Shown here one piece after another: positions 41,301 to 56,300 of a stretch of DNA of 64,000 nt. Under the pieces are notes generated by a model. The model was not told where the DNA came from. It did no database searches and was given only the letters and a program-made list of their open reading frames with translations. Source of the stretch: Balanoglossus misakiensis (taxonomy: Eukaryota; Animalia; Hemichordata). The stretch spans positions 7,217,849-7,281,848 of the forward strand of contig CM082597.2 in assembly GCA_040954595.2 (NCBI GenBank). Reading direction: 5' to 3'. Made by a program: the position numbers and the translations under genes. Numbering within the stretch: position 1 is the first letter of the stretch; every line of letters begins with the position of its first letter.

Positions 41301-44300
41301 ACGTCACACTCAGGCTCCATTCATAATAATCCATTGGTTGTTCATTCGAGATACTCGCTAGTTCCGTCTGCTCAAAGGCATTCCAAGTGATACCGATGGT
41401 ATTTGTAATGCTGTATTATTTGAGAAGGTAAACAATTTATCAAATATAAGGTTACTTACCAGCTAATAGTCAATATTGGCAATAATTACATGTATCCGAT
41501 ATCTTGCTGTAGATATGTTCTAGGTATATGAGTTGAAACGAAAATAAAATAGCAAAGCTCTCACTGAATCTAATTGTATAATATATTTTTAAATACTCAC
41601 TTCGAATAATTGATATATTGTATTCCTTTTGGAACCGGTGGGTATGGCGTTACCCAGAATCCATCACTGGCGACTGGTTTAAAGCAGCCTCCCGGAAAAC
41701 AAAACTTAACAACCGAACGATACTCGTGACCCGGAAGTAGTACAGTTTGTGTATCTCTGTACAGCATTGTATGTTCAAGTCTCTTGTAGACGGTCACAGA
41801 GTCCCACACGAGGCTCGAACTAGAAAAAAAGTACATTACTAGTATGTTCACATGTCAGTGTTAGTCAAATGAGTGATTTATTATGGCTCGCCTACCTGTT
41901 TATAGATTGCCTTTTCTGAAGTGACCATTCAACGAATGAAACGTATTCTTTCATACCATCAGGTATCACCCAATGGGCATTAACGTTACCAGTAGATGCT
42001 TGAAAGTCAATATCTTCCAGGCAAGGCTGACCCCGTCTATCATAATCATGATGCAGGTCATACTCAGTTTGTATATCTGAAAGATAATTTTTAAATAGGT
42101 AGAGCAGGCATTTTGTTCAAAATGAGAAAAATACACTCAGTTGGTGAACATAACGAGGTAAAGTACTGAACATATTGTTTAACTTAACAAACCTTCCCTC
42201 TCTTCACACCCAGGTCCATCGTAGACATATGCGTCTGTCATGACATCTTCATTTGATAATATGGTAATACCATCAGAAGACGACGTTACTGACCCAACGT
42301 CTGTCGATGCCTTGACAGTGACGTAGTATTTCTGGAATCAAGCGATAAGACGATGAGACGTACGTGCTATAGTGAGTGATGAAAATCTCATATGATCGAC
42401 ACGATTTCAAGATGGCCGATTTTTGCCATGTTTAAGAAATGTCTAAGAGTTCATGAGCTAGAGTGATGATGGGTCATTCTGAAACTTTGTAACAGAAAAA
42501 ATAACAAAATGTGAAAAAAGCTGAGGATAATATGGTAAATACAAAGACAGACATGTTTGACCAAAGGAAGTCGTGATATACAGTAAACATATCATTTCTT
42601 CCATCTCCTACTACAGTGGGTTGTCGATTTTTCGCCCATAATGCAATGTGATTTAACCCTTTAGCGCCAAGTGAACACCTATTTAAGGCAGCCAGAATTG
42701 ACAACGTTTTAAAAATTTCAAATGCCTTTCAATTTGAAGCATATTTATTGTATTATTGTCGAAGGCATTACGATTGGTTAATGAATGTATAACTAATCAA
42801 TGCATGTCACTTTTAAATATCACCAATTTGATGTCTATTTAACAAAATGGTTGTTTGGTTTGTATCACCACTTCCATAATGCAAATCTGGCAATGTTTCT
42901 TGACAGACATGATGTGTGGCATACTGGTTGATACAAATGTCTGTGTTCTCACCTGATAGGCTACCAAAGATAACACCGAGAAAGTGTATGATTTTGTGTT
43001 TGATGCGACCGCGCGGAACGGGACGACGTCATCGGAATCCGGCGATGTTCCAATGGCTACTTCGAAGTTCACAGCTTGATGAGGGTGCGAAAAACCCGTC
43101 CAACGACAGTGTATGTTGGCAACATCAGTTTGGAAGTCGATATCGTCTTGCATCTACACAAAAAGACATTGCGTTAGAGGGCAAAGCTGTTTCAAATTTG
43201 CGTTATTCTATTAACACCAACAAATAATGTAATCATTAAGCATGAAAAGGACAATGTTTATCGCTGAAAACGCAAGGTCGACAGATTCTCAATTTGACCA
43301 TTACTTGGGTTAAGCTTACCCCAAATACAATGTCGTCATCTGGAGGATCAGTTTCATATACACTTCCTTGAGAGGGGAGCAGTACAACATGATGGTACGG
43401 ACTGGATGCTGCAACCACGACCAACCCAGCTACATTTGCAACTTTGATGGACACGAAGTACACGTGATCGCCATGCAGGTGCCAACTCAGGCGTTCCGTT
43501 GGTATGGCAACGCATGATGGCGGCGTTGTGTTTTGACAGAGATTCTTTGGCATGTCAGAAAACGGTGTAAACGGTAAAAGAGTTGAACCGCCTTCAACGT
43601 CACCTGAAATGATACAAACGAATAGCACTACCGAGAACATGTCACCAAGCATTTTGAGCCCAGTTATCGAGGCACTATATTGATTTTGCAATTGTTAACT
43701 TCTTGCTGTACATAGTGGGCAGTGTGAAATCCATGTTGTACATACAAACGCCAAGATAGCGGGTCTTTTGAAGTGACAGAATCGAATGCAACGTCAGAGA
43801 GATGTATTTATATATATCATTACAATTAATTTGCATATTACCGGGATTGCCTTATTATTATTATATGGAGCATACTCGTTGAAATATATGTTAGAATTTG
43901 CATCATGATGTTAAATTGTCATTTGCAGTCAGAGTATAGTCATAATTTAATTACCCACTGCCACTTCATAATAGAATGAATGATCGGGATGGTCGTCATC
44001 ATAGAAATTGTCTTTATTCCACCTGGCAACCAAGTATGTGTTGTCTTGGGTGGCCTCTGACGTCACCACGATGTTACCATTGAACTTCGGCTGTGTTACT
44101 TCAATGAAAAAAGGTCCAGTAGTCTAAAACGGAAATTATTGTAAATGTGAATAAACTATGTATGATAACTTAAACTGTTGTCGCATATTTCTACATGTAG
44201 TTTTTTCCCGGTACACAAACAGAACAAACGAGTAATCTTCAAGAACCCTTTCAGACCAGATAACTGTACCAGATTCAAAAGGCCTTCGCTCGAAAACTAG

Positions 44301-47300
44301 GCGTGTGAGTTGACTTGTAGTAATGAAGATATTAGTGCGCGTTGTGGCAAACCACACAGCGGATAAATCAACATATCCTGATTGAGCTGAAAATGTCCAA
44401 CAGTACCTGTGTATTTGTTAATCCTGCTCTGTTAATTGCCTTGACTGAAATGTAAAATTCGACACCTTCTCCAAGGTTTGGATGATAGGTTTGAAATTCT
44501 CGGTGGCCCTTCGTGGATGTAAACGGTACAATGTCCGGTGCCAGTCCAGATGAAGTGCTTCCAATGCCAACTTCATAGTCGAAAATGCCACTATCATCAT
44601 CGCCTCCTTCCCATTTTAAAATAATCTGAAAGGGATAACAAGATGGTCATGATAATAACCAAATTTGAACCAAAATGTTTCATGTTTTTACGCATTCCAC
44701 ATTACAAACCGTCTTGGAAGATAATTTATATAAGGCAAAAAATAATATGTGCTGTCCCGATTACATGGTTTTCAAAAATAGGGTATAGGTAGAGAAATTC
44801 TTTTAATTTGCAATTTTTTTATATCTTTGGCTGCCTTATCTAGGAGTATGATGTCATAGTTCTTGCGTAATTCTCACAATGTTCATAAATTTTGTATATT
44901 TGATATTGCTATTTTTACTTCCAGGTTTACGAAGCTCTAAAAAGTTTAGGGTCGGCGGGTTAAAATTAGAATAGGTCGGGTAATCGGAACAGCACACATT
45001 TTTTATTTTGGCCTAATGGTTGTAATATGTTGACTACTTACATGATTTTCTCTCCTGACGTAAGCATGGCTGGGTAAACTACCGTAAGACATGCACTCGT
45101 CATCCGTCAGTGTGAGCTTTGAGTGGTTTTTGGTCGTGGTTTCAAGCAGGGGATAAAGATCGATTTGTTCATCGTAAGTGGAGACATTCCTGTGATAAGG
45201 GAACAAGGAGAGAATTGTTATACGTGTGGTTCATTATTAAAGGGACAAAGTCTCTCTCTCGCTGCACCTTTTTACCATTATGTTTGATACACCGTTTATG
45301 TTAATGTACATTGTGTATATGTAGTGAATGAGCGTTCAACCACACACAACTTCCATCCTGCTTGTATGATATGAGAGTAAAAGCTCGCCCAAAATGAATA
45401 CATGGTAGAGAACGATTATTCATTTTGGCGAGTTTTTTTCACCATCATGTCTACAAGTATGATGGAAGGTAAGTGTGGTTGAATGATGATTCACTATTTA
45501 TCCAAATGTAGAATAACATAAACAGTTTCTTGCATCAAACATAATTAATGGGAAAAGGGCAGCGAGAGAGAGACTTTGTCCCTTTAATAGATTAATTAAC
45601 TGCATTCTTGTCGAATCGGTGCATTTGAATTCCTTTAATCTCAGAGGCCCATAGGTGTTGACGTGGGTATTTATAGGGAGAAATGTCAGATGCGCGTAAA
45701 ACATTCCAGACAAAAATGCGATATGTGGTTTTATTCATAGATGGAAGAAATGCAGTGTCTTGTGCAAATATTCGTCTGTCACATACCAAAATTCTAAAAT
45801 GAAAGAAATGTCAAACAATTGCATTATTTGATGTGTGTTGTGTGTATTTCCCGGTGCCTCCTACCTGCAAACCTCCGAAGGGTTGTACAAGGGTTGCCGG
45901 GATCTGTTTTCGCCGATTAACCACACGACATCGTTTGCATCTTTCCCCAAACCAGGCTTGGTGAACACCTCGTCAATGAATATCTCTCGTATTGTTGGTT
46001 CAGTGTCATCAATTGTGATACCATCAGAGCACACTGGATTAGAAGGGCCAAGCGCCCTGTTGTAAGCGATGACTGTACAGTGATACTTGCCAGGACCTGG
46101 AGCAATCCACTGAGCGCTTGTCGATGTTGTATCCCTAAGCTGGAAACAAATATGCAGTTCATGTTTATAGCAAAACTACACAGCCATAGTTCACCAGTCC
46201 TGTAACGAAATGTACTTGCATATGACAGTAACCCGTCACAATATCCCACAACAAAGAACTTGAAACAATACTCACAGGTTCTTGAATAGGAAACACTATA
46301 CCATCTGTATCGTTCAAGCAGTCCTCCCCAAAGTGGTAAACATACTTCATCACGCCACTCTCCCTGTCAAAGAAGCCATCCCAGGAGGCGAAAACTTCCA
46401 AGTCTTTTTGATAATCGAGATCAGGCTGGCCCTGTTTACTGTCATGCACATGTCCTTCAAGTGGTGAACTGGTATCAACAGTTATCTAGAATGGAGAGTG
46501 AAGCAAAGAACATGGATAGTCTAGTCCCATGCCCCATTCGCACCGCTGGCTGCGCTACGCTAAAGGGGTCAGGTACGGGCCACTATCTTGGCCAAACACC
46601 TGGCCAGCATATTATAATGAAACAAAGACCATGTCATCATAAACAAGATGGATGCCTCCAATGTCCGCACGCCAATGAGAGCCATGTTTGCAATAGCCCG
46701 TGCCTGACCCCTCCCTTTAGCGTAGCGCAGCCAGCGGTGGGAATAGGGCAGGGGACCAGACTAAGAAAATGGACAGAAAGAAATTGTTCAATGCTGAGTC
46801 AGAAAGAGAACAAGTAAAATGCTACAATGTTATTATCATTCACAAAAAACATTACTTATATCAGCTAACATACATACCTGAAATGTTCTCGTAGTTGTCA
46901 GTAAAGCGTTGTTTGTAGCAGCAATAGCAATGACGTAATCGTGATCATGTGATCCTTTTAGAGGCAGTGGGCTTACTTCACTCATAGTAATGTTGAAGTC
47001 CGTGTGGTAACAATTGCCGTTTGGTATGCACACGCATGTAGGTCGGTTGCAGTTAGATTTGTTTTCCTGGTAAATTTAAACAAATAAGAAAGACACACAT
47101 TGTTCTCAGTGAAATCCAATGTTTTCTATACTTACTCATATGGCCATTGCACTAGGTCACAGCGTCATGTTTTACATTTAAAGCTGAAATAAAGTTACTT
47201 GAGATGGATTCAAGCTTAAGATGGGTCCCTGGGATCTTTTTGCCCGTTGCTATGGGCCTTTATAGGACATTACACCCCGATTTGGACTAAGCCGTTTTCA

Positions 47301-50300
47301 GAGTCTAACAAGGGGCTGGTAACTAGTTGAAAATCTGCACGATTGTGAGCGCGCGCCCCCTGACGCAATTGATATGCAAATTGGCTAGGTCAAATTTCAA
47401 AAGCCTAAGGCTTTTTATTCCGTGACCTCAAAAACGAACTTGATACGTATTCATTAGTTGCTTGAACCAGGGAAGATCGTGACGGATTTTGTTTTCGAAT
47501 ATTATCGTTGTATCCTACGATTTCAGCATACCCGTACCACACCTGAAAAAGTCATCGATTTTGGGTGTTTTTGGACGCACTCTTCCACCGGTATCGCTTC
47601 TTAGCACGACGAAAACCGAAAAAACGATCCGTCACACTGTGCGGAAGCGCGTTCTCAACAAGCAGGTCAAATTTGACTGGCGTACGTGGCCTATGAAAAA
47701 AGCCTTAGGAATTTTCGTGAACGGTATAAAATCTCTGTGTACAAAACATTGGATTTTTAGCGTTCGATCCAGTTACTGTGGTTACAGGACGCGCACGCTA
47801 TCGCTGACCGCTGCTTTGCCGTATTAGCGTGGCCGCCTATGGCCGGGCGGTAGCTGCCGTAAGCATACTCGGACAGGGGGTGTGCACACAATCGTGTGTA
47901 TTTTTAACTAGTTACAAGCCCCTTGTCGGACGTTCATAACGGTTTCGATCAAAATTGAGTGTAGTGTCCTATAAAGGCCCATAGCAACGAGCAAAAAGAT
48001 CCCAGGGACCCATCTTAAGTGCTCATAAAATATTTGAGGCTCGGAGTGGTAAAAACATAGTATACATACATGTAGCTCTTTCTGCAGTTGTAGACAAGCT
48101 TGAAACGATACTGTGTGTGCCACCATTATGTGGATTTTTGAGTAAAAGAATTACCTTTCTCACGGTGACGTGACCACTGCCATGAACCTGGGTTTCATCA
48201 ATTGCATCGTGTAACGTCCATTCAATTTCTTTTAAACCGCTGTGGTCATCAGATGCTTCGAAAATGGCACTGTATACAAATCAAATACCACACACAGGTT
48301 GAGTAATGCGTGTGAAAGTGTCTTCTGGACAATTCACTGCAATGAGTACGTGGGACTGAACGCACACTCCATATTGGCCAGGTCAAAGTTAATATTGTTC
48401 CATGTAGCATAAAACTCAAGAGGCAGTCTTCCTGTGAAAGCCTCACGTCAAATCGTGTTGAAATAATCTCTGAAAATGACGGCACTTTGACACATGGAAA
48501 TTTTCTGTAAACCCTTGCTGCAAAATTGTAAATTCACCACACACGTATCCACAGAATTCTCATTTGGGATTATCTGCACAAATCGCCTCGGAACAAATCT
48601 CTTTTTAGGGGAATATGGATATGATGAAACAAAAATATGCCAGTCAATTTCCATCTGTAAATGTCAACGATGTTAGGTATTGGCGCGGTTCATTACGAGA
48701 AATGAGACGCTAATTATATCTCGTGCTTACAGAAGATCGTGGAACTAATACAGCTTATGGCCAGCTAAAATAAACTTACAAGGCGGGGAATGCGTGAAAA
48801 TAGCATGGTGTGCAGCTCTTCTATGAATGGGGATTGGCTAAAAACCTGTTAAATAACATGTTTGTATAATTAACAATGATGTTGCAAAATATTGCTCATT
48901 CACTTCATGGGTCTGTCTGGTAGAGTTTACCAGTCCTCCGTTTTCTTTGACATCATCTTATTTAGAAAATATTTTACATACCACATTTCGAAGAGATCTT
49001 CAGAACTGTGAACAGCCAAGAAATCGATCCCGTCTTTCGTCAAGTAGATATCACCGATGACCGGTGGGGAAGAGTCGATATGAGTAGTGATGTTATCGTA
49101 AATCTCGTTACCCATGACGTCAACAGCCTTAACCCAAATTCGCACAGTGTCTCCATCAACGGTTGTGACGTAAATGTCTCTCTGTTCACTCTTGTGAATA
49201 ATAAAGTTATGAGATTCGTGTCAATCACATCACAAGTAAAGGGCCAAGAATGTTGACACATTCGCTCAAGTTGACAGGATACACTCTTTTATGAAAAGGC
49301 GAAAGTGTTTTGTCATATAAAATCATACACTCTTTGTACTCCCCATAATAACCATCTCCTTTCTCCGCTCAGGGGTCAGAAAATAGGATTCTAATTCAGT
49401 TTCCGTAGCAAGGAAGTAGGCCAAGATTCCTTGCAAATGTAATCCACCCATCTTCATTATAAAACATGGTGTTTTAGGACACCATTTCTTCACCTTCTCC
49501 AACCATAACATTATGTACCAGCATTTTAACACATGTTCCATCCAACCAATATTTTAGTAAACAAGTCTAAAAGTAAACATGTTGAAAGGAAAGCTAGCTA
49601 CCAGGACTGTAGGATTCCAGCTCGGCACTGCGGCATCTAACGTCTGTCCTCCTTGGTGGTCCTTTGCGTGGGCAACGTAGAATTTAACAGTACCGTTGAT
49701 ATTTGGAATACCTTCCCGGGATCTGTAATCTGGAGGCTGACCGGTGACCTTATCGTAGTTGTCGGCAACATCCAGATAGTAGTCATGAATTGGATCAAGA
49801 AAGCCACCTAGCTTGTGATCCAGATTTTGAAAGTGGCCATTCCACTTAACAGTCATCTACGAAAATAAGAAGAACATGATACAACACGTGAAGCAATTGA
49901 TGCAGGTAGAGTTATCAACTGCGCATGCGGACAACTGAGTTCATGTATCCTTCGTACAAATGAATTTCATTTTTTGGCACGAACCAAATAATTGAAAGGA
50001 AATTAAAGTAACAAATTTAACTCAGAAACGTGTGAGATGATTTGAACTTCATCTGTAATGCCATAATCATTCACGACAAAACAAAACTAACTTGCCTTCT
50101 GGTCACCGCTGGTCTGCCATGTGTGGTTAGTGTCTGCAGCACCCGAGTCCACCCACAAAGGATGGCCAGTGATGGCCATACTTGATTGGTCGTCGAACAG
50201 AACGTAACGCATCGCGTAAATATAGTGATCAACTTTATCGGCGACCGTGAGTAACACGCAATAAACACCTGAAATATTAAAGAGGTAGATACATGTGTCT

Positions 50301-53300
50301 AAATTCGCTCGTGAGCAAATGTGAGAGACACGTAAGCCCGCAGGCAAGCAGAAACAGATACAGATACACTGCAAATTCTTCTGGCTTTCCTGCAAGCTAA
50401 ATTCAAGCCAAATTCAAACCGGCTTGTTTGTCGCAAATCGGCTTCTTTCGTTTCTTCAAATTTGGCTTGATTTTGGCTTGAATTTAGCTTGCTGAGTTGC
50501 CGTTTTATATAACTTACCGGCTTGCTGATAGACCACAGCAAATTTAATGAGTGGTGTGTAGGCCAACCATAGTAATGAAATATGGCTTGCTGGCCTGCCA
50601 TTCTATTCAGCAAATGAGCTTGAAGACACACCGATTCATTATCCAGTGGTTTGTCAACAAACCATCACAAATCTAAGGGGTTTGTATATAAACCAACGAA
50701 TATATTATGATGGCTTGCATGTAAGCCACTTTCTAAAACAATGGCTTGCCAACAAACCGTCGAATAATACAAGGGGGTTGTACGTAAACCCTTAAAATTT
50801 ACATTGGCTTGTCTGAAAGCCAACTTCTACTTAAAACTGGTGTGCTAGCAAACCAAACATGAATCACTTCAGTTTGCCAGCAAACCAAAAATTAGCATTT
50901 CCTGGTTTGCTGACAAACTGAGAATGCTTGAGCAGTGGTTTAAAAATCAGCCACTCTGCTTGGGCTTTGGCATGTATACAAACCATTCTTACACAGAATG
51001 TAGTTTGTAAGCAAGCCAAACATTTGAATTGCATGTTTTGCTTCTGTTTACCTAAAAGCCATAGTTATAAATTTGGGCCATTTTTAGCATTTTTGCTCTT
51101 TCAAGTGACTGCAGTTTCTTGTTCAACTCACCAAAGCATGATGCAATGCCATTTACTAGATTCTATACACTGCCATAATTGTACAATCAGCAATTGTCAA
51201 AAAACATAATTTTAGTCCAGACCTGAACTCATTTGCAAAGGCCAAAGTTGAGATCCCGAACCTAGGCAGTTAATCATGCTTTAAGGAGTAGAACAGAAAT
51301 AAGGAGTCGATACACTGAACAAAAATACATAAAAAATAGCCCAAAGTTAGTTACTATGCCCTTAAATAACTTGGTCTTGAAGCATAACATGTGTCATAAT
51401 GTGCAGCATCTTAGTACTCCACAGTCAATGGTATGTTAACCTGTCAAAAAAGCACACCGAGAAAGATCTTTTTTGGTCAATCATTATTATTGTAATGACA
51501 ATGTAAGAAAAAAGGAACAACGGTAAATACATGGTATTATGTAAATCAAATGAATTAACCCCATAAATGATGGAAGATATATACAATAAAACTTTTATCT
51601 CATTTTCCGTTCAAGTGGTTAGGGAAAATCATTTCAATCCATCAAAAATGCCTCATTTTTTTTAATCTACTGTTTGTCAAAACTGACATGAATACAGATT
51701 TCAAAGTCACCATTAAGTGTGGAAAAGTACTTTTAAATCCTCCTTTATATGCATTTGAGTATTGGAGTCATGGCAGTAGCCTTGAGTATCTTCTTCCTTA
51801 CTATGAAACTTCGTCTTCTTTCAATGGGAAACACTCTCAAATAGTGAAAAGCAAAAAGAGAAAACAATCTCGTTAGAAATTAACATGAGTGTATATTAGA
51901 AACAATTTCCAGCATGAAAACAACACATAACACATATGTACACAAGAAAATATGACAATGATTCGTATGAGACATACTCAACAAAAGAAGATAGTGTCTC
52001 TCTATTTATCAATGGGGAATGACCATGAGACTGACACACATACCACAAAACACTACGATATGGTGCCATCCTAATGTTATAGGCAGCAACCATATAAGAA
52101 CATGAGACTGACCGATACAACACTACGATATGGTGCCATCCTACTGTTATAGGCAGCAACCATATGAGAACATGAGACTGACCGATACAACACTACGATA
52201 TGGTGCAATCCTAATGTTATAGGCAGCAACCATATGAGAACATGAGACTGACCGATACAACACTACGATATGGTGCCATCCTACTGTTATAGGCAGCAAC
52301 CATATGAGAACATGAGACTGACCGATACAACACTACGATATGGTGCCATCCTACTGTTATAGGCAGCAACCATATGAGAACATGAGACTGACCGATACAA
52401 CACTACGATATGGTGCCATCCTACTGTTATAGGCAGCAACCATATGAGAACATGAGACTGACCGATACAACACTACGATATGGTGCCATCCTACTGTTAT
52501 AGGCAGCAACCATATGAGAACATGAGACTGACCGATACAACACTACGATATGGTGCCATCCTACTGTTATAGGCAGCAACCATATGAGAACATGAGACTG
52601 ACCAATACAACACTACGATATGGTGCCATCCTACTGTTATAGGCAGCAACCATATGAGAACATGAGACTGATCGATACAACACTACAATATGGTGCCATC
52701 CTAATGTTATAGGCAGCAACCATGAAACACAAACATAACCATGAGATACACAGCATGTAACAAACAAGATGAAATTGATTCAATGAGCAATGCATGAAAT
52801 TTCGCACCTAGAGTTTAGTGAATTGTTTCCTTTGACTATAACTGAATACATGCTACATACATGATAGCTGGACTATATTAATAAATACAGATAGGCATGT
52901 TCCTTTAAAATTAGTTTTTAGGCATAAATAGTAAAATCTCTTCCCAAATGCAATACTGAAATTATAACCACATGGTTGGTATTTTATAATGAAGTCCCTA
53001 CAAACTAAACTGTAAAGAAAACAGATGACTAGATCACAAAAATGGATATTAAAAAAATAACAAAATCTACTTAATTATACATACCGTGTATGCTTCAACA
53101 TAAATGGTACTTGTTGACTTTTTCATATTTTTGTGGTGCCTAATAAAATAACAACTGCTCCTTCCCATAACCAGTATCACCACTCCTGCAAAACCAAGAT
53201 CATTTATTTCATTCTTATGCAAATATCTGGGGTTCAATTAAAGTAGGAATCATTATTGTTACAAATCGCAGGCATGCAGGGGTTAAATAATCCTGTGGTC

Positions 53301-56300
53301 CGAGATCATGGTTTATCAAAAAAAAATTATTCAGCCAATGATTTAAATATTATGGGTATCCATTGATATAGTATTGGAACACAAAACAACATTTTTATTG
53401 CGGTTACCCCCCCCCCCCAATGTTGACTTCCACTGCCACTAGCCCCACTCGAAGCTTCATATATTTGAAATATCTCTCGATCTACAAATGATCAATACAG
53501 TATAGATATTATTACATATTTTGAATTATCTTGACTAGTAAAAGTGCATAAACAAACATGAATGGGGATGTAGGCTGCCAATAGCAAGCATGGTGAAATT
53601 CCTAGGCTATAGCGCTATAGGGCCCCACTCCGGAGCTGCATTAAAAAAATTCTTTTGATTTGCTCAGACTTTTTTATAACCATCCACACATGATCAACGC
53701 AGTATATAAAGGATTCAGGCCTTTTAATAGTGACATACTTTGCATCGTCTTCGCTCACAAAAATGCATAAACAAAAATGAACGGGGATGGAGGCTGAAAA
53801 TAGCAAGAATAATGAAATTCCTTTGGGGCCCCACTCCCTACTTTATGCTGTCAAACTTTTGACATTACTTCTTCTCACATGCTTTTCAGCTATCATCAAC
53901 ACATGATCAAGTCAGTATATACAGGATTCGGGCCTGTTAATTTTGTATTATCTTCACTGCTCGCAAAAATGTAGTTACTGTCACAAAATGGAATGGAAGT
54001 AGGACTTACCCCAACCGGCATTGTTCTATGTTACGGTCTCGTAGATGCTGGCGGTCAACTGCTAAGTCATTAGATGTCATCCTTCCATAACGATGCTCGG
54101 TGCCAAAGTAATTATCCACGCATATGGTATTTCGGTTCTACCTTAGGAACAGGTTGAGTGCATTGTAAATCGTTGAACGAATTTTATAAAGGGAACGACG
54201 TGATTCGATCGGCTTCCTCACCCGTGGACCGTCTTCTCTCGCGTCAAAACGTTGTAGTTGTGTAATAAATAACCTTTGACCCTGCATTCGCGCGCCAAAT
54301 CAGGGTATTTCGCAAGACATTGTGCCCAGCGTGGCGTGTATATGAACCACATCCCGGCAAAGTTTTCCATGGCGTGTTTTCAAACCATACTTACATCTTT
54401 TTATGGTTTGAAAAGCGACCACTAACTCCAACGGCTTAAAATGCAGCCAAGGTTAAATATGGTACAAATTCGAGCCAGACATAAGTATCACTAAAGTTTG
54501 CGAGCAAACCAGAGATTTTGTTCAATGGCTTAATAATAAGCCATTCCAGACAGGTTGTCCAGCGGCGTATTTACAAACCATTTTTCTAACATTGACTGGC
54601 TTGCTGGCACACACCAGAAAATTTAGCGGCTTGTGGAAATACCGAAGTTTCGGCAAGTATGACGAGGTGGCTTGTCAGCAAACCCGAATGGCTTGAGTAC
54701 AAACCGGCTTGTTTTTGCAGAATTTGCAGTGTATGCAGGCAGGCAGATAGATAGACAGAAAGCTAGACAGACAGGCAGGCAGGCAGGCAGACCAAGAAAC
54801 GTGACATTCTTCAGACATTCTGAATACAACTGTCTCATGTACACTGTTTTGGTTCGTTTGTCATTAATACTGGTCTTTCCATTTGATGAAGTAACCATCC
54901 ATTCGAAAGTTTTCCAGTGTTTCCATTCTCCCCCTTGTCAACATTCTTCCAGAAAGAACAATATTTCAAGGGACAATTCCTTGAAACATGACCAACTTAA
55001 CCCTTTACCTGTCACTGTAAACTGTATTGGGCAGGACGAAGATGAACTGTCCACATCACATATTCTGGTCGTGTCATCCTGCGCCGAGCAGTTGAGAAAC
55101 CCGTTCGCTGAAAAGGTCGTCAAAAGGTCAACTTCGTACACTTGGATACCTGAAACGTCATCTTGCCAACCAGACCAGACTACATTTACGTCGGACTATA
55201 AGGAAATAAAAGAGACGTTTTATCAAATGACCTCATCACCACTTTCCTTGATCACAAACTAAGATATTTAAGTCCGGTTGGACGACACAGTTCACTTGGC
55301 ATTACAGTGCTTGATCAGACCTGAGACGAATATACTTTTAGGTATAGTAGTCCCAGATTAGACGATTCGAAACGCGTTTGGGAAACAAGAACACAAATAT
55401 AATGTAGCATTAATTGCATCTCACCTCAATTCATTGTATACTCCTGTGCACTGAGCTAGAAACCATTCGACGATTTACAAACAACTCGTTTGTGTGAAAA
55501 TATCAAATCCAGATGTGTATTAACACGCAAGCACCAAATCACTCCTATGTACATTTGCAATATCAACATTATTAACATACCTCTTTTGTGTACGCGTTGC
55601 CGACAGTAAGCATATTTTGCCCGTAACAGTAAGGGGCGGACAGGTCGTATGTGAAACTGTAATAGACTTGTGAGTTTTTCAGTCCTTGATAATATTCAGT
55701 CCTGTCATAAGCATTGGATCCATCTTTATTGAGCTCAATACGCCCACCGTTGGTGGCAGTTACGCCGGCAACAATCCTAATGAATGAACACCATGCAAGC
55801 GTTTAGTGAACTTCAAAATATATCTTGACCCTTGCTTTTTTCAATGCCCCTTTAACTAATGTGTCGCTTCTGCTGCTCTGTGGCCTGTTGTAACAAACAT
55901 TGACTTCACATAAACAGCAACACTACTGAGTGACGTTTACTTTAATAATCTTGGTGGGCGTTGTATGCAAATAATAAATAAGTTTACAAATTCACATGTA
56001 ATTCATGTTGGCTATAAGGCTTTATTTCAAGCAGTACTTTTCGGTTTGTAAGGAGACACTATAACTATGTCGATAACCCCACTGTTTTTCTCTCTCACTT
56101 TTTTCACTTTTTGGAGCCAATATGCACATTGTGAGATCTAGCGAGATGAGCTGCTGGTCAAGTACTCCACGTCAAGCTTTCCGTTTAACTAGAATAGGTA
56201 CAAACACAACTTTGTGCTGTTTAAAACGATGGGCCATGTGCTGTTTATCATGTGTCACATGATAATGACCTCCCATATAAACCTCATAGCCACGCGAGAT

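Noticed and set aside
52051-52722. Regular repeat array resembling CRISPR
   Set aside because: Units are contiguous near-identical 70-mers with no unique spacers, no cas genes, and the context is eukaryotic.
54672-55262. 196-aa plus-strand ORF
   Set aside because: Spans a transposon end, a microsatellite and the antisense of a real minus-strand exon.
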